Of a DNA stretch of 52,655 bases, positions 30,074 to 38,571 are shown one piece after another. A model generated the notes under the pieces. That model was not told the origin of the DNA. It ran no database searches and saw only the letters and a list, made by a program, of their open reading frames with translations. Both the position numbers and the translations under genes were made by a program. The DNA is taken from contig JAYPTI010000003.1 of assembly GCA_038133505.1 (NCBI GenBank), forward strand, positions 1-52,655, given 5' to 3'. The DNA comes from Alphaproteobacteria bacterium (GTDB lineage: Bacteria > Pseudomonadota > Alphaproteobacteria > MPNO01 > UBA830). Position 1 is the stretch's first letter. Each line of letters opens with the position of its first letter.

Positions 30074-30181
30074 CTTCGTTCCTTTGCCGGCGCGCCCGGC
30101 ACGGGCGCGCATTGAGTGCTGTGTCAACATAGCGCGCGAAACGCTAATTGACGGTCAATTCTGCTTGAACCGCGGAAATCG

Positions 30182-31543
30182 TCAGTTCTTCCTGTTTTTC
30201 TTGTGCTGGCGTTCGGCGGTGTCGAAAAGATCCTGCGCCCGGAGCCAGGCGGGTTCGCCTTCCTTGAGCAGGCGCATCGCCTTCTGCGCCTGTCCCATCG
30301 CGTCGAAGGGGTGGCCCGTCAGCAGGTTGTATTCCGCGAGCGACAGTGCGGAAAGGCCCAATTCGCCGTTCCGGCCGTAGGTGATCGCCGCCAGCCGCCA
30401 GGCGATCGGCATGTACCGTTCGCGGCGGAGCGCCTGTTTCAGGTGCGCCTCCGCTTTCTGAATCATGCCGGGCCCGTCGAGTTCGATCAGGACATGGGCG
30501 AGACCGACCCGCAGCAGCGGCTCGTTCGGCCTCAGGTCCACCGACTTCTGGTAGAAGGGAAGGGCCTCCGCACCGCGCGCGTTCTCGAACAGCATCTGAC
30601 CCTTGAGTTCCTGGAACCAGGGATCGTCTGGCATCTGCGCGATCAGGCTGTCGATCAGCGGCAATGCCTCCTTGAGGTTCGCGTCGCGATAGTAGGCGAT
30701 CGAGCGCGCGTAGCGCGCGGCCACGGACGGGTCGTCGGCCTTGTAGTCGCGGAGTGTCTTCGATGTCGGATTGAGGAAGCCGGCGAGCTTCGCCGTCATG
30801 CGGTCGTGTTCCGCCTTGAGTGCCGAGGGAATTACCGCGTTGGAGTACCGCGATTTCGCGACATGATCCTCCATGAAGGCGATCCGGTCCCGGGTGAGCG
30901 GATGGGTGATTACATACGAATCCTGCCGCGACCGATGGAGCAGCTCCTGGTCCTGGAGGACTTCGAAGAATTCCAGCAATCCCTTCGCCGAAGCCTGCGT
31001 CTGATCGAGCAGATTGACCGCGACCTGGTCCGCCGAGCGTTCCTGCGTCCGGCTGAACTTGAGCAGGTTCTGGAGCGCGATGTCCTGCGCCTTGGCGGAA
31101 CCGGCCGCCGCCGCGCCCGGGTCGCCCGCTAGCACGCCGATGGCGATGCCGATGATCGATCCGATCAGGGCCTGGTCCTCGGCGTCGCTGATCGCGCCTT
31201 CCAGGCGGGCGAGGTGGCCGCCCGTTATATGGCCGATTTCGTGCGCGATCACGCCGATGACCTGGCCGGGGTGTTCGGATCGCATCAGCAGGCCGGTCGA
31301 CAGGAATATACGCTGGCCGCGGGCGACGAACGCGTTGAGTTCCGGGCTTCTCAGAAGATGAAAATTAACGTCTTCCGGTACCAGCGAGGCGGCGCGCAGA
31401 AGTGGCGTGGCGTATGCCCGGATGGTATGTTCGATTTCAGCGTCCCGGATCAGCCCCTGCGCCGCCGACGGGGCCGACAACCCGGTCGCGAACAGCGCGG
31501 CCTGCAGTAAAACAACAATGCCGACCGCCCGTTTCGCGACCAT
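30182..31543 (-). CDS. M48 family metalloprotease with C-terminal TPR repeats (BepA-like)
   Basis: HEIGHITGGH zinc motif. The signal peptide begins at the ATG at 31543. TPR-like C-terminal half. Confidence 0.88.
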   Translation of the reverse strand: MVAKRAVGIVVLLQAALFATGLSAPSAAQGLIRDAEIEHTIRAYATPLLRAASLVPEDVNFHLLRSPELNAFVARGQRIFLSTGLLMRSEHPGQVIGVIAHEIGHITGGHLARLEGAISDAEDQALIGSIIGIAIGVLAGDPGAAAAGSAKAQDIALQNLLKFSRTQERSADQVAVNLLDQTQASAKGLLEFFEVLQDQELLHRSRQDSYVITHPLTRDRIAFMEDHVAKSRYSNAVIPSALKAEHDRMTAKLAGFLNPTSKTLRDYKADDPSVAARYARSIAYYRDANLKEALPLIDSLIAQMPDDPWFQELKGQMLFENARGAEALPFYQKSVDLRPNEPLLRVGLAHVLIELDGPGMIQKAEAHLKQALRRERYMPIAWRLAAITYGRNGELGLSALSLAEYNLLTGHPFDAMGQAQKAMRLLKEGEPAWLRAQDLFDTAERQHKKNRKN

Positions 31544-31616
31544 GGACAAGACGCTCGAACGGATACCCGACAGGGAGAAATACGCTTTGCGCACCGGGAG
31601 TGCTCTCAATCGCATC

Positions 31617-32942
31617 ATGCCTCTGAAAGGTAGGTATGGCTTCCGCCTCCGTCAATCGATCGGCGGCGTATTGGCGGCCGCGGTTCTCGCCGGCTGTTCC
31701 TCCGATGCGCCGCCCGAAGGCCAGATCGGCCACGTCGAGGGCAATTTCGGCGGCGTCGTCTCCGGAGAGCCGCGCGCTTCGCTGATCGGCCGCGACGTAC
31801 TTTCCGCAGGCGGGAGTGCCGTCGATGCCGCCGTCGCCATGTATTTCGCGCTTGCCGTTACCTATCCCGATGCCGGGAGTCTCGGCGGCGAGGGCGTCTG
31901 CATCGTCCAGAAGTCCGACCGCAAGGGTGGCGTCGAGGCGATAGAGTTCAGGCCGTTGCTGATACGCCGGGGCGGGCGGACCATCGCCGTGCCTGGAGGC
32001 GTGCGCGCGATGTACGCGTTGCAGGCCCGTTACGGTCGGCTGCAATGGGCGCGCCTGATACAGCCCGCCGAGCAGCTCGCCCGGTTCGGCCATCCCGTTT
32101 CCAGGGCGTTCGCGCGGCCCCTCGCGGCGGCGCCCGAGACCGCCTTCGCGTCTCCGGAAATGAAGAAGCTGTTCTACAAGGACGGCAAGAGGCTGACCGA
32201 GGGCGGCACGCTGGAGCAGGTGCAGCTTGCCTCCGTGCTCGCGGCGATCCGCTTCCGGGGGGCAGGCGATTTCTATACCGGCGACGTGGCGCGCCGCATC
32301 GCGGACGGTCTCAGCCGGAATGTCGGTGTTCCGGTGACAGTCGGCGACATTCGAAACTACCGGCCGGTCTGGCTCACGACCGAGAAGACGGTCGTCGGAA
32401 ATCATACGCTTCACCTTCCCGCCGGAACCAAGGCGACGGCGGCGCTCGAGCTGTGGAACGGCCTGGCGAGCAACCCGTCCGCCAGCGTCGGGGCAGCGAT
32501 TTCGCCGGCCGACGGCGACAGTATCGGTTTCGCCGCGATAGACAACAAGAGCGGCGCGGCCGCCTGCGCCGTCGGCGCGCATGACGCGCTGAAGCACGGC
32601 CGCATCATCGGCGAGACGGGCATTCTGCAGGCGGGTCCGCGTCCGGCGGGTCTGCAGTATCCGGGCCTGGTGGCGATTCTCGTCAACGAGCCGCGTAGCG
32701 ACATCATTTCCGCGCTAACCGCGGCGGGCGGGAGCCCGGGTGCGGAAGCCCGTGCGCTTTCGACCGCATCGCGCGTCATCGGCGGCACGTCGTTGACCGA
32801 CGCCATGGCAGCGGCGCCGGCCCTGGCCGGCGCGCGGACGAACATGATCCACTGTCCGACCGGAATCGACGCCGACCCCGAACTCTGCGGCTATGCGGTG
32901 GAACCCGGCAGCTCCGGTCTCGCCGTCGGCGCCAGTTTCTAG
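31617..32942 (+). CDS. gamma-glutamyltransferase-family lipoprotein (divergent, short)
   Basis: ATG at 31617. Lipobox VLAGCS. The N-terminal segment GGSAVDAAVAMYFALAVTYPDAGSLGG and the segment GETGILQ both resemble GGT. Confidence 0.75.
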   Translation: MPLKGRYGFRLRQSIGGVLAAAVLAGCSSDAPPEGQIGHVEGNFGGVVSGEPRASLIGRDVLSAGGSAVDAAVAMYFALAVTYPDAGSLGGEGVCIVQKSDRKGGVEAIEFRPLLIRRGGRTIAVPGGVRAMYALQARYGRLQWARLIQPAEQLARFGHPVSRAFARPLAAAPETAFASPEMKKLFYKDGKRLTEGGTLEQVQLASVLAAIRFRGAGDFYTGDVARRIADGLSRNVGVPVTVGDIRNYRPVWLTTEKTVVGNHTLHLPAGTKATAALELWNGLASNPSASVGAAISPADGDSIGFAAIDNKSGAAACAVGAHDALKHGRIIGETGILQAGPRPAGLQYPGLVAILVNEPRSDIISALTAAGGSPGAEARALSTASRVIGGTSLTDAMAAAPALAGARTNMIHCPTGIDADPELCGYAVEPGSSGLAVGASF

Positions 32943-32944
32943 AG

Positions 32945-34096
32945 ATGGCGCTCAAACGTTCCGCGAGAGGCGCCGTTGCGCCGTTCATCGTCATGGACGT
33001 CCTGCGCGAGGCGAACCGGCGCGAGGCCGAGGGGGGCGACGTTCTTCATCTCGAAGTAGGCCAGCCGTCCACCGGAGCGCCGTCGAAGGTAATCGAGGCC
33101 GCGCGCCGGATCCTGACGGAAGACCGCCTCGGCTATACCGAGGCCCTGGGCATCGATCCCCTGCGCGCGCGCATTGCGGCCTACTACAGGGACATGCACG
33201 GCCTCGACGTCGACCCGGACCGTATCGTCGTCACGACCGGGTCGTCCGGCGGGTTCATGCTCGCCTTTCTGTCGGCCTTCGATGCCGGCGACCGTATCGC
33301 TCTCGCCGAGCCCGGCTATCCCGCCTACCGCAATATTCTGCAGGCGCTCGACCTCGAGGTGGTCGGCGTTCCGGCGACGGCGGCGGAGCGCTACCAGCCG
33401 GTTCCGGCAGCCCTCGAGAGGCTCGACGGGCCGATAGACGGGTTGATAGTCGCGAGCCCGGCCAATCCCACGGGCACCATGCTGAGTGCGGAAGAGATGC
33501 GGGAGCTTGCCGCTTACTGCGCCGACCACGGAATTCGCCTGATCTCGGACGAGATCTATCACGGAATAACCTATTCGATGCCGGGCACGACGGCGCTCTC
33601 CGTCACCGACGATGCGTTCGTCATCAACAGTTTCTCGAAATACTACTCGATGACCGGTTGGCGGGTCGGCTGGATGGTCATTCCCGAGGACCTCCACCGT
33701 TCGGTCGAATGTCTCGCGCAGAACATCTTCATCTCGGTGCCGGCGCTGTCGCAGCGGGCGGCGCTGCATGCGTTCGACTGCCGGGAGGAGCTGGACGCGA
33801 ACGTCGCACGGTATGCGGCGAACCGGGAGCTTCTGCTCCGTGAGTTGCCGAAGACGGGGCTCGACCGGCTCGCGCCAGCCGACGGGGCGTTCTACATCTA
33901 TGCCGAGGTCGGGCACCTGACGAACGACAGCGAGGATTTCTGCCGCCGGCTCCTCAACGAGACGGGGGTCGCGATCGCGCCCGGCACGGATTTCGATCCG
34001 CATCGCGGCAATGCGACGGTCAGGATTTCCTTTGCGGGCGACACCGAGACGATGGCGGAAGCCGCCCGCCGGCTGGGAGCCTGGCTACAGGGATAG
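32945..34096 (+). CDS. pyridoxal-phosphate-dependent aminotransferase (class I/II)
   Basis: PLP-Lys motif NSFSKYYSMTGWRVGW; 383 aa. Confidence 0.92.
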   Translation: MALKRSARGAVAPFIVMDVLREANRREAEGGDVLHLEVGQPSTGAPSKVIEAARRILTEDRLGYTEALGIDPLRARIAAYYRDMHGLDVDPDRIVVTTGSSGGFMLAFLSAFDAGDRIALAEPGYPAYRNILQALDLEVVGVPATAAERYQPVPAALERLDGPIDGLIVASPANPTGTMLSAEEMRELAAYCADHGIRLISDEIYHGITYSMPGTTALSVTDDAFVINSFSKYYSMTGWRVGWMVIPEDLHRSVECLAQNIFISVPALSQRAALHAFDCREELDANVARYAANRELLLRELPKTGLDRLAPADGAFYIYAEVGHLTNDSEDFCRRLLNETGVAIAPGTDFDPHRGNATVRISFAGDTETMAEAARRLGAWLQG

Positions 34097-34103
34097 GAGG
34101 ACG

Positions 34104-34121
34104 GCGCCGCGATCGCGGCGC
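34104..34121. terminator. 18-nt perfect GC palindrome between convergent genes (possible bidirectional terminator hairpin)
   Basis: gcgccgcgatcgcggcgc lies between the aminotransferase stop (34096) and the rne stop (34130). There is no U-tract. Confidence 0.35.
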
Positions 34122-34129
34122 GGGATCGC

Positions 34130-36763
34130 CTATTCGACGATCCGCTGCCACCATCCGCGGCGTTTGGGGCCGGAATCGCTCGCCGCCGTCGCAAGTTCGG
34201 GCTCGCGCTCCGTTTCCTGCTCGGCTTCGGGCTCCTCTTCGGCCTCGGCCACGGGCTCCTCTGCCGCCGCTTCCGGTTCCTCGGCTTCAGGTTCGACGTC
34301 CGGCGTCTCGGCCGCTTCGGCGACCGCTTCTTCCGGCGCCTCTTCCGGGGCCGCTTCGTCGAGCGTTTCGTCTGCCGCGGCCGTCGTTTCGGCGGTCTCT
34401 TCGAGGTCGCCCGCGTCGGTTTCGTCCGCCTCGGCAGCGCCGTTCGTCAGGCGGTCGCCGTCGTCGGCCGCCGCGTCCGCATCGGCGGTCTCATCCGCAG
34501 CACCGTCCTCGGCCTCCGCGTTCTCCTGATCGCGCCCCTGGCGATTGCGCCGGCGTCCGCCGCGGCGTCCGCGCCGCCGACGCCGCGAGCCGGACTTCTC
34601 CTCGCCGTCGGCCGTGTCCTCTTCGCCGTCGCCGGCCTGTGCGTCGGTCTCTCCGTCTTCCGCAACGGCGTCAGCCGTTTCGGACGCCTCCGCATCGGCG
34701 GCTTTTTCGCCGGCATTCGAACGCCGGCGACCGCGACGGCGGCGGCCGCGCTTGGGCGCGTCTTCCTTGGCCTCCGCGGGGGCTTCGTCGTCGGTGTCTT
34801 CTTCGTCCTCGTCCTCGTCGATATCGGGCTCGATGTCGACGATCTGCGCGTCGATTCTGCTTTTCGCTTTTTGCGACGGTTCCGGCCGGCCCTTCACCCG
34901 CTCGATGCGGATATCGGGCTGGATGACCGAGTCGTCGCCTTCAAGCAGGACGCGGAAACCGTAGCGTTCCTCCAACTCGACCAGGGTCGAGCGCTTGTAG
35001 TTGAGGATATAGAGCACGACCTCGAGCGGCACGCCGACCGTGATCTCGCTGGACCGCATCCGGATGCCTTCTTCCTCGATCGCGCGGAGCACGCGCATCG
35101 CCATCGATTCCGTCGAAAGGATGTTGCCGGTGCCGCGGCAGTGCGGGCATACCTGAGAGCTGGTTTCCAGCAGGCTCGGCCGCAGACGCTGACGCGACAG
35201 TTCCAGCAGGCCGAAATTGCTGATGTGACCGATCTGCAGGCGCGCGCGGTCGACCTTCATCGCATCGCGCAGCCGGCGCTCGACCTTGCGGACGTTGCGG
35301 CCGTCCTCCATGTCGATAAAATCGATCACGATGAGCCCGGCGAGATCGCGAAGCCGGAGCTGGCGCGCGACCTCGTCGGCCGCCTCGATATTGGTCTTGA
35401 GGGCGGTTTCCTCGATGTTGCGCTCGCGGGTCGACTTGCCGGAGTTCACGTCGATGGCGACCAGCGCCTCGGTCGGGTTGATGACGATGTAGCCGCCCGA
35501 CTTTAGCTGCACTTCGGGATTGTGCATGGCGTCGAGCTGCTGCTCGATCTGGAACCGCTGATAGAGCGGGATCTGCTCGTCCCGGTAGGGCTGCACCCGC
35601 TTGGCATGGCTCGGCATCATCAGCCGCATGAACTTCTTCGCGGTCTGGTAGGTGTCGTTGCCCTCGATCAGGATCTCGTCGATGTCCTTCGAGTAGACGT
35701 CGCGGATGGCCCGCTTGATGATGTTGCCTTCCTCGTAAACGAGATCCGGCGCCGTCGATTCGAGCGTGACTTCGCGCACTTCGTCCCAGGCGCGGATGAG
35801 GTATTCGAAGTCGCGGCGGATTTCCGCCTTGCTGCGTTCGAGGCCGGCGGTGCGGATGATCACGCCCATGCCCTGCGGAATGTCGAGGGCGTTCAGCGTA
35901 TCGCGCAGCTTGCGGCGTTCCTTCGCGTTGGTGATCTTGCGGGAGATTCCGCCGCCACGGGAAGAGTTCGGCATCAGCACGCAGTAGCGGCCGGCGAGCG
36001 AGATGTAGGTCGTGAGCGCCGCGCCCTTGTTGCCGCGCTCCTCCTTGACCACCTGAACGAGCAGGATCTGCCGCCGCTTGATGACTTCCTGGATCTTGTA
36101 CCGCCGCATCGACCGCGTGCGACGGGGCGCCGCGCTTTCGGCGGCTTCGAGGGCCTCGGCGACGTCGGGATCGGCGGCCACCGGATCGGGGTCGCGTTCG
36201 TCGTGATCTTCGCCTTCGTCGGATGCTTCTTCGCCGTCGTCGGCCTTCGTCGCGCTCGAATAGGCATTCTCCGATAAGTCCTCGTCGGGCGCTTCGTCGT
36301 CTTCGGACGAATCCTCGTCGTCGCCGCTCGCCGAGGTTTCCTCGGCGTCATGTGCCTCGTCTTCTTCCGCTTCCGGTTCGGCATCTTCCGACCGGGCGTC
36401 GGACTCGTGTTCGTCCTCGTCGAACTCGCCGTCGATATCTTCCAGATGCTCGCGGGCGGCGCGCGCCTTCATCTCGAGCGCTTCCTGCTCCTCGATCAGC
36501 GCCTGCCGGTCCTCCATCGGGATCTGATAGTAGTCCGGATGGATTTCGCTGAAGGCCAGGAAGCCGTGGCGGTTGCCGCCGAAGTCGACGAACGCCGCCT
36601 GCAGCGACGGTTCGACCCGCGTTACCTTGGCGAGATAGATGTTGCCTTTGATCTGTTTCTTGAAGGACGTCTCGATGTCGTATTCGTCAAGACGGTTACC
36701 CTGAGTGACGACGACCCGGACTTCTTCCGAGTGCGCGCCGTCGATAAGCATGCGCTTCGACAT
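34130..36763 (-). CDS. rne: ribonuclease E
   Basis: ATG at 36763 (MSKRMLIDGAHSEE). S1 domain, catalytic core (VAIDVNSGK, CPHCRGTG Zn-link) and a long charge-patterned C-terminal domain. Confidence 0.96.
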   Translation of the reverse strand: MSKRMLIDGAHSEEVRVVVTQGNRLDEYDIETSFKKQIKGNIYLAKVTRVEPSLQAAFVDFGGNRHGFLAFSEIHPDYYQIPMEDRQALIEEQEALEMKARAAREHLEDIDGEFDEDEHESDARSEDAEPEAEEDEAHDAEETSASGDDEDSSEDDEAPDEDLSENAYSSATKADDGEEASDEGEDHDERDPDPVAADPDVAEALEAAESAAPRRTRSMRRYKIQEVIKRRQILLVQVVKEERGNKGAALTTYISLAGRYCVLMPNSSRGGGISRKITNAKERRKLRDTLNALDIPQGMGVIIRTAGLERSKAEIRRDFEYLIRAWDEVREVTLESTAPDLVYEEGNIIKRAIRDVYSKDIDEILIEGNDTYQTAKKFMRLMMPSHAKRVQPYRDEQIPLYQRFQIEQQLDAMHNPEVQLKSGGYIVINPTEALVAIDVNSGKSTRERNIEETALKTNIEAADEVARQLRLRDLAGLIVIDFIDMEDGRNVRKVERRLRDAMKVDRARLQIGHISNFGLLELSRQRLRPSLLETSSQVCPHCRGTGNILSTESMAMRVLRAIEEEGIRMRSSEITVGVPLEVVLYILNYKRSTLVELEERYGFRVLLEGDDSVIQPDIRIERVKGRPEPSQKAKSRIDAQIVDIEPDIDEDEDEEDTDDEAPAEAKEDAPKRGRRRRGRRRSNAGEKAADAEASETADAVAEDGETDAQAGDGEEDTADGEEKSGSRRRRRGRRGGRRRNRQGRDQENAEAEDGAADETADADAAADDGDRLTNGAAEADETDAGDLEETAETTAAADETLDEAAPEEAPEEAVAEAAETPDVEPEAEEPEAAAEEPVAEAEEEPEAEQETEREPELATAASDSGPKRRGWWQRIVE

Positions 36764-37150
36764 GTCGTTTTCTCCGGCACGAAAGCGCAACCGTCTGGCG
36801 AACGGCGGATCGGTTGCGTTCCGTACCTGTCGGACCGGCGGGACCTCCGTCTACCTGCCAAATGGGGCAATCGCTTGCGGGCGCTGCCTCCAGGGCGGGG
36901 ACTCTCCGGGTCGCCTGAGACCCTCCTCGGGCCCGGTCCTCGGTTTCCATATGCCGTGAACGATCCGCGCGGCCGCCTCGCGTTATCGGTCGGTGCCCGA
37001 TGGACTTGCTGTCGGCCGGGCAGTCGATCCAATGTAAGAGGGTCGCGCGGGTTGCCGGAAAAAACTTCCGGTTCGTCCGCGGTCGTTCGCAAAATCCACA
37101 ATAGACCTGCCGCTTCTCGCGCACAACTTAATTCAAACGCCGATTTGCTC
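36764..37150 (-). promoter_or_regulatory. long structured rne 5' leader (putative autoregulatory UTR)
   Basis: ~450-bp non-coding gap before rne, GC-rich with several perfect helices. One example is cgcaaccg(36786-93)/cggttgcg(36811-18), just upstream of the RBS. Confidence 0.45.
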
Positions 37151-37156
37151 ATGGCG

Positions 37157-37186
37157 TTGAAAATTCGAGGTGATTTGGGGTATATT
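37157..37186 (+). promoter_or_regulatory. putative sigma70-type promoter for the amidase gene
   Basis: TTGAAA, an 18-nt spacer, then TATATT, ending 29 nt upstream of the ATG at 37215. Confidence 0.35.
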
Positions 37187-37214
37187 TTGTGTGTCCCGAG
37201 GCTTGGCGCGCTAA

Positions 37215-38447
37215 ATGTACAAGTTGCGAAACGTGATACGAGGGATCGGGCTGGCGGTGGCCGTCGTTTTCCCGCTGCTGGCGGATTCCGTGGCCGAGGC
37301 GGCCGCGCCGCAGGTGCAGGGCGTGAGGATCGGCGTTTATGCCACCAAGACGCGCCTCGTTCTCGATCTCGACGGAACCGTGGATTTCAGGACGTTCTCG
37401 CTGCCCAACCCGTGGCGCGTGGTCGTCGATCTTTCCGAAGTGACGTGGTCTTCCGGCGTGAAGCGCCCGCCGCGGGACGGACTCGTAACCGGTATGCGTT
37501 TCGGCCTCTTCAGGCCCGGGACCTCGCGCGTCGTGGTGGATACGGCCGGCCCCGTGCAGGTGACGAAATCCTTCGTTCTTCCGCCGTCCAAGCCGGGCGA
37601 CGGCTTCCGGCTGGTCGTCGACATGACGCGGACGACGCAAGAGACCTTCATGAAGGGCTACCGCAAACCGGCACCGGTTCCGGCGCCGCCGCAGATAGCG
37701 GCGCGGCCTCCGGACCCGGCCCCGAGTCCCGTCGTTCCGAAGCCGCGCCCGGGCCGCAAGCTGATCATGATCGATCCCGGTCACGGCGGCGTCGATCCGG
37801 GCGCGATGAGCCGGTCCGGCGTCTGGGAAAAACACATCGTCCTCGCCTTCGCGCAGGAACTGCAGCGCCAGCTGCTCGCGACCGGACGGTTCCGGGTCCA
37901 GCTGACGCGAGACGGCGACGTCTTCATCCGGCTGCGCGACCGGATCGCCCTCGCGCGCAAGGCCGGGGCGGACCTGTTCATTTCGGTCCACGCGGATTCG
38001 ATCGGGAACCGCAACGTGCGCGGCACCTCGGTTTACACACTGTCGGAAAACGCCTCGGACAAGGAAGCGGCCGCGTTGGCGACCAAGGAGAACAAATCCG
38101 ACGTCATCGCCGGCATCGACCTCGACGAGCAGCCCGACGAGGTCGTCAATATCCTGATCGACCTCGCCCAGCGCGAGACGATGAACGAGTCCGCCGTCTT
38201 CGCCAAAACCCTCGTCGAAAAGCTGGCGCGGCACCGACGGATGCTGCGGAATACCCATCGTTTCGCAGGGTTTGCGGTGCTCAAGGCGCCAGATATTCCG
38301 TCGGTTCTCGTCGAACTCGGATACCTGTCCAACCGCGAGGACGAGCGCATGCTGCGCAGTCCGAAGACGCGCGGCCTGATGGCAGGCTCGATTGCGGAAG
38401 CCATCAGCCAGTATTTCGAGCGCCAGCAGGCCGCCGAACGTCGTTAA
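37215..38447 (+). CDS. amiC: N-acetylmuramoyl-L-alanine amidase with N-terminal AMIN domain
   Basis: Signal peptide, AMIN-like repeat (TRLVLDL...WRVVVDL) and Amidase_3 motif MIDPGHGGVDPGA. Confidence 0.93.
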   Translation: MYKLRNVIRGIGLAVAVVFPLLADSVAEAAAPQVQGVRIGVYATKTRLVLDLDGTVDFRTFSLPNPWRVVVDLSEVTWSSGVKRPPRDGLVTGMRFGLFRPGTSRVVVDTAGPVQVTKSFVLPPSKPGDGFRLVVDMTRTTQETFMKGYRKPAPVPAPPQIAARPPDPAPSPVVPKPRPGRKLIMIDPGHGGVDPGAMSRSGVWEKHIVLAFAQELQRQLLATGRFRVQLTRDGDVFIRLRDRIALARKAGADLFISVHADSIGNRNVRGTSVYTLSENASDKEAAALATKENKSDVIAGIDLDEQPDEVVNILIDLAQRETMNESAVFAKTLVEKLARHRRMLRNTHRFAGFAVLKAPDIPSVLVELGYLSNREDERMLRSPKTRGLMAGSIAEAISQYFERQQAAERR

Positions 38448-38571
38448 CCTGTTCCTATGCGTGTTTCCCGATCGTCGGGCGAAGTAGCAAAATCTTAATT
38501 TCGCAATATATTAAGTCTATCCACGTTCCTGATCAGCGCGTTCGTATGGTCTGACGCTGTACGGGGGATCA

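Noticed and set aside
36622-37152. 176-aa and 142-aa minus-strand ORFs and an 84-aa plus-strand ORF inside the rne-amiC intergenic region
   Set aside because: They have no RBS, show Arg/Pro-rich shadow composition and overlap each other. The region is better explained as a structured rne leader.
36350-38554. 734-aa plus-strand ORF spanning the rne 5' end, the leader and amiC
   Set aside because: It runs antisense through the rne coding start, crosses non-coding DNA and is out of frame with the well-supported amiC. Its composition is Arg/Gly/Pro-rich junk.
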